From Devosia salina (GTDB lineage: Bacteria > Pseudomonadota > Alphaproteobacteria > Rhizobiales > Devosiaceae): a stretch of 32,000 nucleotides of DNA. The notes below the pieces were generated by a model. It saw only the letters and a program-made list of their open reading frames with translations, had not been told where the DNA came from and did not search any database. Location of the stretch: the NCBI RefSeq assembly GCF_019504385.1, contig NZ_CP080590.1, positions 1,634,884 to 1,666,883 of the forward strand, in the 5' to 3' direction. A program made the translations under genes and the position numbers. Positions 28,466 through 32,000 of this stretch are shown here, one piece after another (position 1 is the first letter of the stretch; each line of letters opens with the position of its first letter).

Positions 28466-28953
28466 TGCGCGTCGGACAGATCGTCAACACGCTGCTGCTG
28501 CGGGAGTTCGTATCGGCCTTCTTCCTGGCCATGCGCTATTTCTTCGGGGCAAAGCCAACCATCAACTACCCCTTCGAAAAGGGCCCGGTGTCGCCGCGCT
28601 TCCGTGGGGAGCACGCTCTCAGGCGCTACCCCAATGGCGAAGAACGCTGCATTGCCTGCAAGCTCTGCGAAGCCATCTGCCCGGCCCAGGCCATCACCAT
28701 CGAGGCCGGACCGCGCCAGAATGACGGCACTCGTCGCACCGTGCGCTACGACATCGACATGGTGAAGTGCATCTATTGCGGCTTCTGTCAGGAAGCCTGC
28801 CCTGTCGATGCCATCGTCGAAGGCCCGAACTTCGAATTCGCAACAGAAACGCGCGAGGAGCTCTATTTCTCGAAAGAGAAGCTCCTCAGCAATGGCGATA
28901 GGTGGGAGCGTGAAATCGCGGCCAACCTGGCTGCCGACGCGCCTTACCGCTAA
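28465..28953 (+). CDS. nuoI: NADH-quinone oxidoreductase subunit I
   Basis: ATG 28465 with a TGATG overlap with nuoH. 162 aa with two 4Fe-4S ferredoxin motifs, [12 protein letters not shown] and [12 protein letters not shown]. The 322-aa track ORF from 27985 is an out-of-context upstream extension. Confidence 0.97.
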   Translation: MRVGQIVNTLLLREFVSAFFLAMRYFFGAKPTINYPFEKGPVSPRFRGEHALRRYPNGEERCIACKLCEAICPAQAITIEAGPRQNDGTRRTVRYDIDMVKCIYCGFCQEACPVDAIVEGPNFEFATETREELYFSKEKLLSNGDRWEREIAANLAADAPYR

Positions 28954-28965
28954 CGAGGGAAGAGC

Positions 28966-29574
28966 ATGACCCTTCCGCTGTTCTTCTTCTACGTCTTCGC
29001 CGCCATCACCGTGGCCTCGGCCTTCATGGTCATTTCCGCGCGCAATCCCGTGCACGCGGTGCTGTTCCTGATCCTGGCCTTCGTCAACGCGGCTGGCCTG
29101 TTCATGCTGGCCGGGGCAGAGTTCCTGGCCCTGATCCTGATCGTGGTCTATGTCGGCGCCGTGGCGGTGCTGTTCCTGTTCGTCGTCATGATGCTCGACG
29201 TCGATTTTGCCGAACTAAAGTCCGGACTGCTCGCCTATGCGCCTATCGGCATGGTCGTGGGTGGCATCCTGTTCCTTGAGCTTCTGCTGGTGGCGGGCAG
29301 CTTCGTCATCGCGCCCGATGTCGCTGGCGCGGGCGGTCTGCCGATCGACGCCACCGTGGACAACACGCGGGCGCTCGGGCAGGTGCTCTATACGCGCTAC
29401 GTCTTCCTGTTCCAGGGCGCGGCGGCTGTGCTGCTGGTGGCCATGATCGGCGCCATCGTGCTCACGCTGCGGCACCGGACAGGCATCAAGCGGCAGAGCA
29501 CGGCGGCTCAGCTCGGGCGCAAGCCCAGCGAGACGGTGCGCAACGTCAAAGTCAAAAGCGGTCAGGGGCTATAG
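28966..29574 (+). CDS. nuoJ: NADH-quinone oxidoreductase subunit J
   Basis: 202 aa. N-terminal RNPVHAVLFLILAFVNAAGLFMLAGAEFLALILIVVYVGAVAVLFLFVVMML is typical of NuoJ. Confidence 0.95.
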   Translation: MTLPLFFFYVFAAITVASAFMVISARNPVHAVLFLILAFVNAAGLFMLAGAEFLALILIVVYVGAVAVLFLFVVMMLDVDFAELKSGLLAYAPIGMVVGGILFLELLLVAGSFVIAPDVAGAGGLPIDATVDNTRALGQVLYTRYVFLFQGAAAVLLVAMIGAIVLTLRHRTGIKRQSTAAQLGRKPSETVRNVKVKSGQGL

Positions 29575-29583
29575 GGGGTTACT

Positions 29584-29898
29584 ATGGGTCTGGAAATCGG
29601 GCTCGGTCATTACCTGACCGTAGCAGCAATCCTGTTCACGCTCGGCGTGTTCGGCATTTTCATCAACCGCAAGAACATCATCGTCATCCTGATGTCGGTG
29701 GAACTCATCCTGCTGGCGGTGAACCTCAACTTCGTGGCGTTCAGCGCGCATCTCAACGACCTCCAGGGTCAGGTGTTCGCGCTGATGATCCTCACCGTGG
29801 CTGCCGCCGAGGCCGCCATTGGCCTGGCCATCCTCGTTATCTTCTACCGCAACCGCGGCTCCATCGCGGTTGAAGACGTCAATATGATGAAGGGCTAA
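29584..29898 (+). CDS. nuoK: NADH-quinone oxidoreductase subunit K
   Basis: 104 aa with 3 TM. Conserved [17 protein letters not shown] and [16 protein letters not shown]. Confidence 0.97.
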   Translation: MGLEIGLGHYLTVAAILFTLGVFGIFINRKNIIVILMSVELILLAVNLNFVAFSAHLNDLQGQVFALMILTVAAAEAAIGLAILVIFYRNRGSIAVEDVNMMKG

Positions 29899-29908
29899 GA
29901 GCACCGCT

Positions 29909-32000
29909 ATGATCATTCAGGCGATTGTTTTCCTGCCCCTAATCGGGGCGCTCGTAGCGGGCCTTCTTGGCCGCTCCATCGGCCATCGGCCATCCGAATT
30001 CATCACCACCGGCCTGTTGCTGATCGCGGCGGTGCTGAGCTGGTATGTGTTCATTCCGGTTGCCTTTGGCGACGGTCTCGTGGGCGCAACCGGCGACGGG
30101 CACGCCGCCGTGCTCAAGGTCGAGGTGATGCGCTGGATCCAGGTCGGTGACATGGACCTGCGCTGGACCCTGCGCGTCGACACGCTCACGGCCATCATGC
30201 TGGTCGTCGTGAACACGGTTTCGGCACTCGTGCACGTCTATTCGATCGGCTACATGCACGAAGACCCGCATCGCGCGCGCTTCTTCGCCTATCTCTCGCT
30301 CTTCACCTTCGCCATGCTCATGCTGGTGACGGCCGACAACTTCCTGCAGATGTTCTTCGGCTGGGAAGGCGTGGGCCTGGCCTCATATCTTCTCATCGGC
30401 TTCTGGTACACCAAGCCGTCGGCCAATGCCGCGGCCATGAAGGCGTTCATCGTCAACCGCGTCGGTGACTTCGGCTTTGCCCTGGGCATTTTCGGCGCCT
30501 TCCTGGTGCTGGGCCATATCGACTTCGATGGCGCCTTCCATGCCGCTGACGAGTTCGCCACCACCGGTCTGCCGGTGATCCAGTTCCTGGGCTGGCAGCT
30601 CGACGCCATGACCGTGGTCTGCCTGCTGCTGTTCATGGGCGCCATGGGCAAGTCGGCGCAGTTCCTGCTGCACACCTGGCTGCCGGACGCCATGGAGGGC
30701 CCGACCCCGGTGTCGGCGCTGATCCATGCCGCGACCATGGTGACCGCCGGCGTGTTCATGGTGGCGCGCCTGTCGCCGCTGTTCGAACTCTCGCCCGTTG
30801 CGCTCAACGTCGTCATCACCATTGGCGCCATCACCGCCTTCTTTGCGGCGACGGTGGGTCTGGTGCAGAACGACATCAAGCGCGTCATCGCCTATTCGAC
30901 CTGTTCGCAGCTCGGCTACATGTTCGTGGCCCTGGGCGTCGGCGCCTATTCGGCCGGTGTCTTCCACCTGTTCACCCACGCCTTCTTCAAGGCCCTGCTG
31001 TTCCTGGGCGCCGGCTCGGTCATCCATGCGATGCACCACGAGCAGGACATGCGGAACATGGGTGGCCTGCGCAAGAAGATCCCCATCACCTATGCGATGA
31101 TGATGATCGGCACGCTGGCCCTGACCGGCGTCGGCATCCCGGGCACCAATTTCGGCTTTGCCGGCTTCTTCTCCAAGGATGCCATCATCGAAAGCGCCTA
31201 TGCCTATGGTGGCAATCTCGGTTCGCTGGCCTTCTGGCTGCTGGTCGTGGCCGCGCTGTTCACCAGCTTCTACTCCTGGCGCCTGGTGCACCTGACGTTC
31301 CACGGCTCGCCGCGCGATGCGCAGCACCATGGTGAAGGCCCGCATCCCGACCCGGCCCATGCGGCTCTTGAAAGCCATGATGAGCCGATCAACGACAGCA
31401 ATGCCGACGATCACGCCGATCATGGCCACCACGGATCGGCCTATGACCATGCGCACGAGTCGCCCAATGTTATGCTGGTGCCGCTCTATGTGTTGGCTGT
31501 CGGGGCAGTCCTGGCGGGTGTCGTGTTCTACGGTATGTTCTTCCACGACGTGGAGCACATCGAGCACTTCTTCGCCGGGTCACTCTTTATCGACCACGAG
31601 TTGATTGAAGCCGCGCACCACGTGCCGCTCTGGGTCAAGTGGAGCGCCAGCTTCGCCATGGTCATCGGCTTCGTGGCCGCCTGGTACATGTATATCCGTC
31701 GTCCGGACGTGCCCGGCAAGCTGGCCGCCGCCAATCCCGGGCTCTACCAGTTCCTGCTCAACAAGTGGTACTTCGACGAGCTCTACAACACGATCTTCGT
31801 GCGCCCCGCGCTCTGGATCGGCAATGCGGTCTGGAAGGGCTTTGATGACTGGCTGGTTGACGGCAAGATTGCCGAAGGCCTCGGTCGTCGCGTGCAGAAC
31901 GTCACCAGCTGGGTCGTCAAGCTCCAGTCCGGCTATCTCTACCACTATGCCTTCGCCATGCTGATCGGCATCGCGGCGCTGCTGACCTGGGCCATCGCGG
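29909..32000 (+). CDS. nuoL: NADH-quinone oxidoreductase subunit L (3' end outside the window)
   Basis: Not in the ORF track because there is no stop inside the window. My hand translation from ATG 29909 gives [21 protein letters not shown]..., [78 protein letters not shown], ... [11 protein letters not shown]. The frame stays open to the window edge. Confidence 0.95.
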   Translation, partial: MIIQAIVFLPLIGALVAGLLGRSIGHRPSEFITTGLLLIAAVLSWYVFIPVAFGDGLVGATGDGHAAVLKVEVMRWIQVGDMDLRWTLRVDTLTAIMLVVVNTVSALVHVYSIGYMHEDPHRARFFAYLSLFTFAMLMLVTADNFLQMFFGWEGVGLASYLLIGFWYTKPSANAAAMKAFIVNRVGDFGFALGIFGAFLVLGHIDFDGAFHAADEFATTGLPVIQFLGWQLDAMTVVCLLLFMGAMGKSAQFLLHTWLPDAMEGPTPVSALIHAATMVTAGVFMVARLSPLFELSPVALNVVITIGAITAFFAATVGLVQNDIKRVIAYSTCSQLGYMFVALGVGAYSAGVFHLFTHAFFKALLFLGAGSVIHAMHHEQDMRNMGGLRKKIPITYAMMMIGTLALTGVGIPGTNFGFAGFFSKDAIIESAYAYGGNLGSLAFWLLVVAALFTSFYSWRLVHLTFHGSPRDAQHHGEGPHPDPAHAALESHDEPINDSNADDHADHGHHGSAYDHAHESPNVMLVPLYVLAVGAVLAGVVFYGMFFHDVEHIEHFFAGSLFIDHELIEAAHHVPLWVKWSASFAMVIGFVAAWYMYIRRPDVPGKLAAANPGLYQFLLNKWYFDELYNTIFVRPALWIGNAVWKGFDDWLVDGKIAEGLGRRVQNVTSWVVKLQSGYLYHYAFAMLIGIAALLTWAIA

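Noticed and set aside
27985-28953. 322-aa ORF (extended NuoI); likewise upstream extensions at 25157 (nuoG), 18265 (OMP), 14128 (imelysin 2) and 11449 (imelysin 1)
   Set aside because: The conserved protein sequence, signal peptides, RBS positions and stop/start coupling all point to internal starts (28465, 25256, 18430, 14329, 11494). The upstream parts overlap the preceding gene or are not protein-like.

Overview
High-GC chromosomal window that looks alphaproteobacterial, probably Hyphomicrobiales-like; this is inferred from gene content and nuo operon style and could not be checked by search. It is almost entirely core or housekeeping DNA. I found no tRNA, rRNA, CRISPR array, transposase, integrase or recognisable defence or toxin module.

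Gene order:
- 1-3737 (+): tail of an ABC ATPase, a duplicated-FtsX permease and a HlyD adaptor, forming a MacAB/Dev-like tripartite exporter.
- 3743-6331 (-): MgtA-like P-type ATPase.
- 6633-7652 (+): Zn-dependent medium-chain dehydrogenase.
- 7658-11356 (-): fbpABC Fe(3+) ABC importer.
- 11494-16478 (+): divergently transcribed iron-associated periplasmic cluster (imelysin, DUF1111 di-haem protein, imelysin, DUF1513).
- 16585-17328 (+): signal-peptide-bearing MsrA.
- 17556-19020 (+): two tandem small beta-barrel outer-membrane protein paralogues, each with its own terminator.
- 19403 to the right edge (+): complex I operon nuoA-nuoL, with nuoL running off the window and therefore absent from the ORF track.

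The non-standard content is inside the nuo operon:
- Two small, tightly translationally coupled extra cistrons sit in the nuoE/nuoF and nuoF/nuoG slots. One is a 71-aa two-TM protein. The other is a 72-aa perfect-heptad coiled-coil protein.
- The coiled-coil cistron is bracketed by a perfect 19-bp direct repeat that duplicates the nuoF-stop/SD/nuoG-start junction.
- NuoE carries a C-terminal extension of about 245 aa: an Ala/Pro/Lys-rich linker plus a helix-hairpin-helix-like domain.
- NuoL carries an expanded His/Asp-rich loop.

The imelysin/DUF1111/DUF1513 cluster is a known but mechanistically unresolved system. I see no clear evidence of a wholly new multi-gene system here. The many long antisense ORFs in the track are GC-rich shadow frames.
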